61,845 nt of DNA, filler included, from Basidiobolus ranarum (GCA_040143965.1; 14 parts of 14 records of this genome joined end to end with filler, not necessarily neighbours in it), one strand, 5' to 3'. Shown: positions 36,540 to 49,058, numbered from the whole stretch's first letter. Notes: generated from the sequence alone by a model not told the origin. Numbers and translations are program-made.

Positions 36540-38454
36540 CCATTATCGCTGGACCTAAATCACCAGAACTTATATATAGCTTCTTGGAGCCTTTGATTGC
36601 AGAATTTGAATGGTTATCTAATAGGGTTCAGAAAGGTGAATATTTCATTAAAGCTAATATCAATGTAAGTATTGGTGACACTGCTGCCATCAGTAAACTT
36701 GGAGGTTTTTGTAGGCACAATGCACTATCTTGCTGTAGATTTTGTCACATCAATGGAGTTCACTCTATCAGGCATATGCATTACTACTATCAAAATACAA
36801 CACAAAACCACATGATTTTACCATCAAGAGCCTGGTCAGATTTCAACATGATCATTGATATCAATGCACCAAATAGTCAGTCTAACATCAAACTTTGTAT
36901 TAGCCATATGCCTAAGTTCATAATGCTAAAGGGGACCAGCTGGAGCTAGAGATTCCCATTAGGCACTATGCACTTACTATTCAACAACATTCTGATTCTA
37001 CTTACTCAGCTATATAGTGAAAAATTCAATATGAATGACCCACTCAAAATAGGATCAAAGTTTGAATTGATAGGAAAAACACTTGAAAACATCAAGATAT
37101 CATAATACTTTATCAGGACTCTCATCAATACCCACTCATGTAGGCATTTATTCAAATGCAAAGACAAGAAGTAGTGAATTTTGTAAATATTCAAGTGGAA
37201 TTTTGAAAGGATAACTGCCTGATAAGTATTGGCAACATTGGGAGTTATTTGTCAATATTGTCACTATATTCTTATGGTATCAACTCACATTTGCAGATCT
37301 CAAGCCAATACTGCAATTGTGAAAAGATTTTGTAATTCCATATGAAAAGCTTTATTACAGATTTAAAGAATATAGATTGAATTTATGCTGGTATTCAATA
37401 CATTCCCAACTGCATCTTTCCCGATGCTAAGCAATTATTGGCCTTTGCTATACATTCTGGGAGTTCCCAATGGAGTGCACCTATGGTGAAATAATGCTAT
37501 GTGTGAGTTTGTCAGTATTGTCATATGCAAATATGATTAACAATGTATTAGCAAAATCAGTGATGGTTGAAATGTGATGGGTTAAGGAGACTCCAGAGTA
37601 TAGTAACCTGCCAACAAAGGGCTCTTTTCAATGAGCTCATGGGTTTTCACATTGTTTGAGCACAATAACAGCAACAAAGCCCAACCCATGGACACAGAGT
37701 AAGTACCATTATAATTGGACTAATTTGCTTGTGTGATAATCTGATGGTATTTTTAGGAAAGCTACAAGACAGACTTCTTGGTGAGATAGATCAAGATATG
37801 CAATATTATTGTTTTAGCCATGGGGTAATCTATTCAAGCAATGACACATCAGCTTGTGGCTGGACATTTGTTGACTGCAAGTTGGGGATATATTGGCTGA
37901 ATTCTTTATGGAAATTTGGCAAAATCCAAGAGCTTATTTGCATTGTGAATGGTAACAAGGGTCAGCTATTTGCCAAGTGTCAGTGCTATTCAAAATTTCA
38001 GATGTTTAGCAATTTTTCCACCATTAGTGTGCTGGTAAAGCATACTGATGTTGTTGAGTCCTGTCTGATCAGTCAAGTATGTGCATACATAGAGACTAAA
38101 CATAATGAAATCCTTGTATTTTTTTACTCTCATAAAGGCTGGAATACAAAGCCTAAAATATCTAAATAAAGGCATGCATATTAATTTGAATTGCTACAGC
38201 AGTAAACCCAGTGATTTGCCATTTGAAAACTTAATTTTTGCAAAAATTGCTGGATATTGAATAACATATGCCAAATTTGAGAATCAAATTTTAACATGTA
38301 TGAATACAATCAAAATACCATCAAGAAACCAGCATAACACCGTTGAAATCTCTGGCAGAATGCAAGCCACCAATATTGTGATGATTCTCTGATGGATTTG
38401 CTATTTTGGAGGGTGGATCCAATCAGGATCAAATTGATTTCATTTTTGTTAGGG
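36540..38454 (+). mobile_element. CMC/CACTA transposase (3' two-thirds, pseudogenised) with terminus ...TTTTTGTTAGGG
   Basis: IIAGPKSP..FLEPLIAEF, IGDTAAISKLGG, HNALSCCRFC, LGTMH, WEFPME (Transposase_21/TNP2-type motifs). Stop at 38169. Confidence 0.9.
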
Positions 38455-39602
38455 TTGCCAATCACTGTGGTAAGAGTGTAAGAAAACCAATAAACACCTG
38501 GTTGCTAAGATTGGATTGAACTCTCCACTCCTCAATAATCAAAGCTGCTTCTTGACATTTGGCAATGCTACCAAAGCTTTGAGGCAAAGTTCAGTCAGTG
38601 GACTCAGTGGGCAAAACTAAAGTCAATTTTGAGCACTTAATACTGTTGATGTTCACCTGGCTTTGTGCAGCTAGTGGCTTTGTACAGTGACTGTGCTTGG
38701 AACTCTTTTTTCTGTAAAGCCTGCAGCTTTGATAGCACAAGAACTTGTGACAATAATAGCTGGGCTTCTTTAAACATTTGTGTTGCAGCATGAGAAGGAT
38801 ATTATAGAAAAGAGAGCACCTCCTACATAAAGGTAGTATTTTAGATATAGCCCATCAATATTGTTGGCTGATTCTGAGATGGTGTCACAGATGAGTCATC
38901 TGGGGATTTACAAGATATTTCTGGTAATGGATGGCAATTTTTATTTATTATAAGCTGTTTCTAAGCAATTCCTTTAAATCAATTTTACCATCTGAAAATC
39001 TCAATGCCATTCAAAAAGCATTCAAAAGCTAAATCAAAACAGCTTCCAAGCCAAAGCCTGTGGGCACAAAAAGAAAAAAACAAGCAACAACAGAGGACTT
39101 GATTGATGAGCAGTCTGGTGATACATTATCCAATTTGATAGGTGTTAACAAACTGGAAACTAACTGAAGTAATGCTAAAGCATTGATCAATTTACCAGAT
39201 GTGTTCCTTTCCAGCAATAGTGCAAGTGAAGAGATTGTAATCCCCCAATTACATAGTAAATCATCAGTTGTGCCAAGCTCAACCAAAACACCATGAAGAC
39301 CATCAACTTCAAAAATGGCTACTTTGCCCACTATTGAACAACCCTCCATAGAAAATTTGGATAGTATTATTACCACACAGTAATTTCAGGCAGAACACTG
39401 TAATGATTAGTATGCAATCATAAGTAAAACTACAAAGTTGCTATACAGGAAATGACAAACAATAATGCCACAATATCACAATAAATGCAGCATTTGCAAG
39501 TAACTAGTCCATAGTTAGACAGTTACTCTACAATGATACAAGACCTTCAGAATGCTGTACCTTGCCACAGCAACATGCTGCTCCTTCCATTCATTCCCAT
39601 AC
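38455..39602. mobile_element. Central part of another CMC copy: transposase N-terminus (minus, ATG 38791) and ORF2 N-terminus (plus, ATG 39004)
   Basis: The minus frame from 38791 reads through one TGA into IIEEWRVQSN, as at 57247. The plus part matches 44528-45128. Confidence 0.82.
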
Positions 39603-39752
39603 TGTTGAAGTTTATTGTCTTTATCATATTTGTTATCTCTCTCTTTATACACCTAACTATTTCATATATTACATATAAGTTAGTTAACATTACTTAGTCA
39701 AATATCACTCAGCTGAAAATTGGAACATATAGTATATATATATGTGAATAAT
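39603..39752. mobile_element. Probable LTR inserted in ORF2
   Basis: ORF2 homology ends abruptly at TGTTGAAG, followed by AT-rich sequence. Confidence 0.45.
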
Positions 39753-39882
39753 NNNNNNNNNNNNNNNNNNNNNNNNNNNNNNNNNNNNNNNNNNNNTTAA
39801 TTAATTAANNNNNNNNNNNNNNNNNNNNNNNNNNNNNNNNNNNNNNNNNNNNAGTGCATAGGAATAACCATCATTATTTCAG

Positions 39883-40128
39883 CTCAAGGCTTTTACGTGG
39901 ATTTTGCCGACAACGAGACTAAGGATCATGTTAGAGGATGGAATGTCCATGTGTTAAGGGTTTGTGTCCGGATTCAATGGTCATGGTTCAGAGAACTTGT
40001 TGCTAAATACCCATCGCATCTTCTAGATTCATCGTACCAAGCGTCATACAGATAAGGCCACCATCTTCCAGCTTTGGGATACACTCGACGCTTTTTGTCA
40101 TGCCAAGAAGCCTCAACTTATCTGTTAA
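39883..40128 (+). CDS. CDC73: Paf1 complex subunit Cdc73/parafibromin, last two exons
   Basis: QGFYVDFADNETKDHVRGWNVHVLR/IHRTKRHTDKATIFQLWDTLDAF matches the CDC73_C end (W.V..L.....KRH.D......W..LD). Intron 39960-40026. Confidence 0.85.
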
Positions 40129-40440
40129 TATTCACGAAGGTTTCCAACATTATAACACATAGTTCTTTGTCTCACGGTTTTCAGATGTTTTGTTACTTAA
40201 GCGTTGGATAGAGAGGGCGCACTTAATTCAGCAGATATCAAAGTGAGATAATGAAAAAAAATCCCTAGTTTTTATTGTTGTTTGTATCATACCATTTTGT
40301 CAAGGTAATCAAGTGATTAAATAAATTAAGTGCCAATATTAGTATACGATCAACATGTTTCTTTCCTTGTGGATTATCCGCGGTTTGACATGGTATATAC
40401 AATGGTATGGATTCTTGGTGTTTGCTGATACGCATCCTTC

Positions 40441-43400
40441 TCAAATCCCGTTATTCGATGGTTCTTTCTTCATAGCCATGCCTGCCATTAGTTTCCGGAA
40501 CTTAGCGGAAGCCAAAGAGGAGGTCGTAGAAACGTATTGAGTAGTGGCATGGGTTGCATCAGACAGATTTAGTCCTAGAGTTAGAGGATACATATGAGGG
40601 GAATTCTCGGAAGGTGGATTTGGGATCTTCTTGTGGTAAGCATCCAAAAATGGTTGCATTTCGGGTCTTTTCAATCCCTGAAATAAGCAAGTGTGGGTGA
40701 AGAATGTTAGATACAGTGATACTGTTAAATCTAGAACATTGGTGATGTTACCTTGAGTTCAAGAACTTTTTGGTAATTTATAAACGTAGCATCGGGACAT
40801 AACAAGATATATTTCTCGATGAAAGCGTCGGGATTTTCTTGAGGTGTCATTGGTGCCAGTATCACTTTTAGGAGCCCTTCGAGACGACTAGCCCCTTTGT
40901 TAACAAACTTGACGTAGCTACAATTATAACATGAAGTTAGCATGAGGTTATTGTGTCAAAGTCTACAATAAAGAGTTACGTTGATGGCGGTGTGCCGGAC
41001 TCTGGCATCCCAGAGAATGGTAACCTTAGCAAGATTGCTTTGACTACTTGAATATCTGATAGCATCTTGAATGCCATTCAACCAGTTAGAATATACCATT
41101 ACAAAGGTAAAAAGACAGAGGATAGTTACTCGTTCAGCTACAGATTCAGTGATACGCTTGCACTTGAATATATTCGTCATGTATCGATTGATAAAGGTTC
41201 TGTTTAAAGAAAAGTAAGTATTCCGCACATTGCCATGATAAATATTCATCAATCGCTAACCCGACGAATTTGTCACAAAAAGTTCGGAAATATTTCTCAT
41301 TCGTGATGGATTGTCTAATGATGGCTACATTCTCCTCCAGAATAGTACCCAATCCCGTGACATACTCTAATTGATTCTTAGCAGTATCCACAGTCCCCCA
41401 GGTAACTTTAGTCATAGCATTAAGCTTAGACTCACATAAAGTATCGATTCCTTGCACAAGTACCCGGACACAAGAGTTGATCACACCCAAGAATGCCTCT
41501 CGCTGTTTCTCAAGACTCACATGCTGCTTAAAATTCTCATCTATTTGTTCGGTAAGCTTTTCTTCCAGTTGAGCCACAGACGTAAGACAATAATCGGTGG
41601 TATTAAGGACAAGTCCGATTAGTTTCAGCTCTTCTTTAGTGAGAATCTTCTTGTCATCCCTGAAGTTAACATCGTCAGTACATGTGTGAGAATAACAAAA
41701 AGAAAGTAAAGTACTTTGGCAGTTTATCAAGCAGGATCTCTTTTCCGTAGATATCAAGCCACTTGGCAAACACTTTAGACAGGTCGAACAAGGGCTTACG
41801 ATTCGAAAGTTTGGAGCATTGGGCTAATGTTTCCCGGTAAAAATAGAGTAAATCTGTGCTTGATGAAAACACCGATATACTGGGATCAGTGTCAGCTTCC
41901 AACTCTTTACTCCGGAAGTTATTGAACATCTCGTTAAGCGACCTAAACGAAAGAGACGGTCAACACTCTGCATACCAGGATCAATTATTACAACATACTT
42001 TTCTTGAGCCTCTACGTAGCGGCTTAGATATGGTTCGAAGCAGATGGATACGATTTTAGTAAACTTCGAATTGGCTTCTTTCGAAGCATTACTTGCTCTA
42101 GAGTTGACTTCAGTCACATTCTGATAAAGTATATGTCATCAATATTATTGCTGCATGCTAGTTACTAGATGGGCTTACCGAAGATGAGAATCGCCTAGCC
42201 AGTTGATTTTCAAAGGCAACGGTAAGATGAAGTACTTTGATCAGAAGAGTGACATCGAGGTCACTTGACTTCGCCAGAACATCGTTCAAGTCAGACCTGT
42301 CACAAAATATCAGTTGGAATCACTGTATCCAATGAAAGCAACTGTTCAAGTGTACCTAGTAATCATACAAAATGTCTCGCATAATATCTCATTGACTTTC
42401 CATTTAAGAGGGAAGACGGAAGTATATTCTTCATCATAGACCTTCAGGAGACGCCTTAGCCAGGCAAAGCGACGAGAGGTGTTATCAAGCGCGGCTACCT
42501 AGAACATAAACGCATTAATCAAGACTTCACATGGCTCACTTTAAGACGTAGAGCCATACCTCATCGTCACCAGTAAACAATTTTCTGTATTCTCGAAGAT
42601 GCAAATCACAGAACCAATCGATCATTTTAGTTCTACAAGACAAGAAAGAAAGTAAGCACATGTAGACTATTCTCATTCCCATTCCCATTTCTAGTTCCAC
42701 TTACCGAAATCCCTCTCCAATCACCTCAATCAAAGAGCACATATCATTAAGATCTTGCGGAGTCCTCTTCAAAACTCCCTGGGAATTAAATCTAACAAGT
42801 GTATGAGTAAGCATGGAACTACTACTGCATCAAAGTCCTGCTTACCCGGCCTGGAAATCTTCACTAACTTGCTCCTTAAGATTTTGTTGAATGCTATCCA
42901 CGGATTCAGTGATGCTATGCACTTGTTTGACGTTTTGATAGCTCTTGAAATGAGATTGCAATTGTAAGACCGCCTGGAGATTCATGTGTTATTAAATGAA
43001 GCGCAACATAGGCTGCTACAAGAGATTGCATACTTGCAAAATTTGACCAGCTTCTTTATATTGGCGTTCTTCAGCAAATATTTTAAGTTGATCAACTGCG
43101 GTAACTAAGTAGAAAGGATAAGTCATCTATTGAATGTAAATATATCAAGAATCAACCGTATCTAACCTAGCATCTGGAGTCTTCTAAGGGCAGTGATGGT
43201 TGCTGTAAGATTACGTTTGGCATAATCCAAAGACTTAATATCTTTCGTAATATCCTGTACAATATTTTCCGAATCCTTTGCTTTCTGTTTTATAAGAGTA
43301 ATCTTGACAAATAATTCCTAAAATAATCCAAAGTTAACTTATATCAAAGGCATTCAGTTGTCCATAAGAAGTGTAGAAACCTCCATGGTTTTTTTTGTAA

Positions 43401-43835
43401 CTTCTAATTCACGAGCAGTCTCTTCATCAGCATCGGTTTGCGAACGAACTAGAACTTTGAGTTGATGGTCGATTTTTCGGATTCTAAATCCAAGTTTATC
43501 AAGTACACTGTCAATGGAGCGAAGTGAGTGCTCTAAAGTAAATGAACAAAACAAGATCTTTAACATCCAATCAAATAAAGAAACTTTGAAGGAAAATATC
43601 CAGACTAGGGTGATCTAATATAGCTACTTGTATTGAATTAAAAAGAAAGCCTCAACTTACCATTAGGAAAAATTTGATTAATGCACTCTACAGGCTCAAA
43701 CCCTGGTGTATCTAATGGATCGGTTATGTTAAGAATGTTGACTAGTGCTTCTTCTACTTTAGGTGGTAAATGTATAACATCTAACTCGTTCGAATGTTCG
43801 ATAGTTTCCTCAGGTGTTTTTACTTCGACTGTCAT
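40441..43835 (-). CDS. VPS53: GARP/EARP complex subunit Vps53 (about 15 short introns)
   Basis: DPLDTPGFEPVECINQIFPNE.SL, ITKDIKSLDYAKRNLTATITALRRLQML, RRFAWLRRLL, CFEPYL, SSTDLLYFYR, LNTTDYC, FRTFCDKF, LEGLLKVI. Confidence 0.95.
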
Positions 43836-44275
43836 GTTGAGTGTGTGTTATAAGTTACGGACACCTTCCAGACAAGCTACTAGATTATCCAACACTGGAC
43901 TGCTAATATGATTAGAGATTAAGTACGTATTCTCATAGGTATAATCCGTTTAATTAATCCAATAAAATCTTCGATTTTCACTTGAGAATTCGTATTAATG
44001 CCATATGATATGCTTGTTTCAAAAAATGAATCGAAGTTGTCTATTTTGGAGTCCTTTGCCCAAACTACTCAGCGATTGGTTTCGAGCACTATGCTTACAA
44101 AATTTTATGAGTGCAAAACAAAGCTAAGATGTCAATTTAAGTGATTACTCCATTGGCGGTATAATTGTGTTGAATNNNNNNNNNNNNNNNNNNNNNNNNN
44201 NNNNNNNNNNNNNNNNNNNTTAATTAATTAANNNNNNNNNNNNNNNNNNNNNNNNNNNNNNNNNNNNNNNNNNNN

Positions 44276-46535
44276 AATAATGGCAGGGCATCTTTAAATG
44301 TTTGCATAGCACCATGACAAGCATATTGTAGAAAAAAAAACACCTTCCACGTAAGGGTGGTATTTTAGGTATAGCCCATCAATATCATCAGCTGATTCTG
44401 AGATGATGTCACAGATGAGTCATCAGGGGATTTACAAGATATTTCTGGTAATGGATGGCAATTCTGGTTTATTATAAGCTGTTTCTAAGCAATTTCATTA
44501 TACTGAGTTTGCCATCTGAAAATTTCAATGTCATTCAAAAACATTCAAAACTTAAATCAAAATTGGCTTCTTAGCCAAAGCCTGCTGGCATGAAAGGACA
44601 AAAGCCAGCCAGAGCAGAGGACTTAATTGAATAGCAGTCTAGCAATCTACTATCCACTTTGGAAGGCATTAACATGCCAGAAACTAACTCAAGTAATAAT
44701 AAAGCATTAATCAAATGACCAGATGTGTTCCTTTTTAGCAATAGTGCAAGTGAAGAGATTGTGATCCCCCAATTATGTAGTAAATCAATAGTTGAGCAAA
44801 GCTCAACCAAAACACCATCAAGACCATCAACTTCCAAAATGGCTATTTTGCCCACTATTGAAAAACCCTCCACAGAAAATTTGGATAGAGTTATTACAAC
44901 AAAGAAATCACAGGCAGAACACCATAATGATTTGTATGCAATCATAAGTAAAAACTACAAAGTTGCAACACAGGCCATGACAAGCAATTATGCCACATTA
45001 TTGCAATTGATGCAGCATTTGGAAGCAACTAGTCAACAGTTTGAGAGTCACTCAACAACAATGCAAGATCTTTGGAATGCTTTACTTGAGTTTCAGCAGC
45101 ATGCTGCTCCCTCCATCCATTCTAATACAGGATTTTAATCAGTCCCACACCATACATATAAATATCACTGTGACAATCTAGCACAGCAGAATATGTGTTG
45201 GACCATTATGCCTACACAACATCCCAAATTTGCTTGGGCACAAGAAAGTAGAACTCTCATAGTAAAACCAGCTAACCCAAAGACTCTGAATGTCAGAGCT
45301 GCTGTCACTTGCTCTGATGATGAGTGGTTTAACATTTTCAAAGCTGTGTGGAATTTTGCCCAAAATCATCTGGATTTGAGCCAATCATGGAAAAACCAAA
45401 AACAGGTTTTACTCCGAAGGTTCTTGACTTATATCATGTAGCTTATTCTGGGTTTTTGCAAGCAAATGGCATTTGGGCTAGCATAGGCCTATTCATGAAA
45501 TATCTCAAAAATGTATGCAATTATTAACTTGGAAAAGAAAGAAAGGCAGCTAAAGAAGTACTCAAGGAGCAGGAAGTTAGTTAATCCAAGGAAAAAGCAA
45601 AGGGAGCCAGTGAGCTTAGGCTCTAATGTCCCACTTGCAAAATTCTTCACACCATTATAATGATCTGCATATCCAGAGTCAGAAATACTAGTAAAAAAGC
45701 TTAATTTCACCATGAAACCAGGTTCACCAGTTGGTAGAGTGCTAAATTTGGAAGTTTATCCAACACCTGGCACCTCTCAACAAGCCAAAACACCAGCACA
45801 TAAAACTCATGGCTCTCCAACCTCAACTGGTACTTTTCAAAGTGCAGAAATTAGCCCCAAAGTTAAAAGCAAGCAAAAAGCCACACAAACACCACAAAGC
45901 ACCCTCAGTAGTGTCACACTACAAGGACATACAAAAATAGTCAAAGTGCTTGAGGAGTATTTTCAAAAGTATGAAGGGAAAAGTGCAGTTCAAGTATGCA
46001 GAAAGTGGGTTCAGAAGAAGAACATTTAACTTGACATTTTGGTCTGGTGTTGACTGTGCAGATATCTGGGAAGAACTTGATACATAATGTCACAATATTG
46101 CAGGGATCCATCAGATAGCTGGAAGAATATTGATGCAGCAATGTTAATACAATGGTGGGCCTTGATGGAGATATTGATACAAACTTGTGTTGGGTATGAG
46201 CTAAACCTTGGGTATGAAGAAGTCTATAAAAATATTCAGGAGAATATATCAAAGAGACTAAGGATTTCAAAAGTGACAGATTAGCATTCAAGTGGTAATT
46301 GTATAAGATTTGAGTTATGTTTTTTGCACATCTGTTGATCCATAGTTCTCTGAGATTGTAGCCAATCATGTGCAACTACTCTGCAAGTTCTTGAAGTTTC
46401 ACTCCTGAAACTGAAAAAGTTGATGAAAATTAAATCCAACTTGACAATTTTATGATGGTAGTAGATGGTCAATTGCAAATGGATTAAAATTGTGATGGTT
46501 TTCCTACAATAACAATCCTCAAATTTCTGTCAGGG
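44276..46535 (+). mobile_element. CMC element half: transposase start (minus, 44315), promoter, degenerate ORF2 (44528-46455), terminus ...TTCTGTCAGGG
   Basis: Overlaps 38760-39600 in sequence. ORF-track pieces 44725, 45193, 45712 and 46087 chain into one interrupted ORF. Confidence 0.82.
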
Positions 46536-47788
46536 GAAGGGCTAAACATTAATTTTGATAAGTCAGGATGCACCATTACTGATCAAGATGGGAATTATTT
46601 AGCTTTGCAAGAAAAGAATCAGAACTTATACAAACCTACATATAACTCAAGAAGTTTATGTGTAAATATAAGTAATTACAATCAAGGAACTATTCAATTA
46701 TGGCATAAGAGATTTGACCATCTTGGAATTGACTATTTGAGCAAAATGATCAAATATCACATAATATCTGGAATTCAAATTAACCTCTCAACCAAAATGG
46801 AAACTTGTGAGGGTTGTATATATGGAAAGCAAGTCAGGCAACCATTCAAGAGCTCTGACTTAATCAAATCTGTCAAAAAATTAGATCTATTTCATTTAGA
46901 TTTGTGCAGACCTATGTAAAATTTATTATCTGGCAGAAAAAGTTATTTAATTGTATTTATTGATGATTATGCAATATACACTTGGGTCTACTTTGTGGAA
47001 AGAAAGGAGAAAGCTCTCTCTATCTTTAAAGATTCTGAAACACACATGGAGACTGAAACTGGAACTAAAATCAAAAAATTACATACTGAAGATGGTGAAG
47101 AATATACTTCATCACTGTTTAAGCACTTTTGCAGAGTTCATGGAATTAAGCAAGAAACTACTGCCCCATATTCACATCAACAAAGTGGAGTTGCTGAAAG
47201 AGCAAGCAGGATGTTAATAGAAATGGCATGATCTATGATAAATGCACTAAATTTATCACATAACTTTTGAGGGGAATTTGTTGCTATAGCTATATATCTG
47301 AAGAATAGGAGTTTTACTAGAAGTCTGTGTAACTTTACATTATATGAAGCTTGGTTTGGAGTTAAACCTGATATAAAACATTTGGGGATCTTTGGAGGGA
47401 TTGCTTATGTTAAAATTCTGACCAAAAAATTGGTCTAAATTTGATCCAAAAGGTAAGAAATGCATATATCTATGTGATTGTACTCAAACTAAGGCCTACA
47501 GACTTCATGATACCAAAATTTCCAAGTTGATCAAGTCCACGGATGTTTTGATTAATGATAATGAAAATATTTCTGCCTAAATGAACTCATATGATGATGA
47601 AAATCAATTTTCTCCTGATCCAATCATTCAAATTGATTCAAACCGCAACAATGAAGAAAAAAGCATTCTTATGGATGCTTCAATCAAGATTTTGCCAACT
47701 GAAGTGCCCAATACAATGCCAGAAGTTGCAGTAACTTTTTCCCAAACTGAGAGATCAAATCCATGCAGAAATAGGCCTGATAACTATA
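46536..47788 (+). mobile_element. Copia GAG-pre-integrase/integrase fragment
   Basis: LWHKRFDHL...CEGCIYGKQ, HLDLC, FIDDY, TAPYSHQQSGVAERASR. Confidence 0.9.
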
Positions 47789-48596
47789 CCCTAACAGAAA
47801 TTTGAGGATTGACATTGTAGGAACACCATCACAATTTCAATTCAAATGGTATTGACCATTTAATTAGCATCATAAAATTGTCAAGTTAGATTTGATTTTC
47901 ATCAACTTTTTCAGTTTCAGGAGTGAAATTTCAAGATCTTGCAAAATAGTTGCACATGATTGGCTGCAATCTCAGAGAACTATGGATCAACACATGTGCA
48001 AAAAACAAAACTCAAATCTTATACAATTACCACTTGAATGCTAATTTGTCACCTTTGAAATCCCTAGTCTCATTGATATATTCTCCTGAATATTTTTATA
48101 GAGTTCTTCAAACCCAAGGTTTAGCTCATACCCAACACAAGTTTGTATGAATATCTCCATCAAGGCCCTCCATTGTATTAATGTTGCTAAATCAACATTC
48201 TTCCAGCTATCTGGTGGATACCCTGCAATATGGTGCCACTCTGTATTAAGTTCTTCCCAGATATCTGCATGGTCAACACCTGACTGAATGTCAAGTTGAA
48301 TGTTCTTCTTGTGAAGCCACTTTTTACATAATTGCACTGAATTTTTCCCTTCATATTTTTGAAAATACTCCTCAAGCACTTTGACCATTTTTGTACGTCC
48401 TTGCAGTGTTGCACTACTGAGGGCGCTTTGTGGTGTTTGTGTGGCTTTTAGCTTGCCTTTAACTTTGGGGCTAATTTCAACACATTGAAAAGTACCAGTT
48501 GAGGTTGGAGAGCTAGGAGTTTTATTTGCTTGTGTTTTGGCTTGTTAAGAGATGCCAGGTGTTGGATAAACTTCCAAATTTAGCACTCTTCCAACT
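47789..48596 (-). mobile_element. CMC element ORF2-side terminus, inverted
   Basis: Starts CCCTAACAGAAATTTGAGG. Reverse complement of ~45729-46535. Confidence 0.88.
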
Positions 48597-49058
48597 NNNN
48601 NNNNNNNNNNNNNNNNNNNNNNNNNNNNNNNNNNNNNNNNTTAATTAATTAANNNNNNNNNNNNNNNNNNNNNNNNNNNNNNNNNNNNNNNNNNNNGATG
48701 GGTAGTGGCGCGGCGGTTTACCCCCTCATTGCTTATGCGGGTATGAAACGTATTTTTCAGAACAAACTTCCACAGAGCAGTCGATTGCTTAAATAACTTT
48801 TACTGCGAATATTCACCCTAATAATCGCGTCGTTATAATAGGAACCATTTAATTAGAGTGTTGCCTATGGATCCAGCCCCCTTGACTGCCAAGCTTAAAA
48901 CTGGCGATCGAGTTGCAAGCTTTGTTATCATATTCTATTTTCTCTTATCTGAAATCAAATCAGGTAATTTCAATCAGTGAGTCTCACTTTTCCTTTATAA
49001 CCACTGTTGCTGCTGTGAAGAAACTCATCCCTTTTCTTGTATATTTTAGCTTCATATC

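Noticed and set aside
26578-39752. Classical Neurospora-type RIP
   Set aside because: The diagnostic changes I could trace are at CpG (TG/CA reciprocal), and CpA/TpG remain abundant, which is not the CpA-to-TpA pattern.
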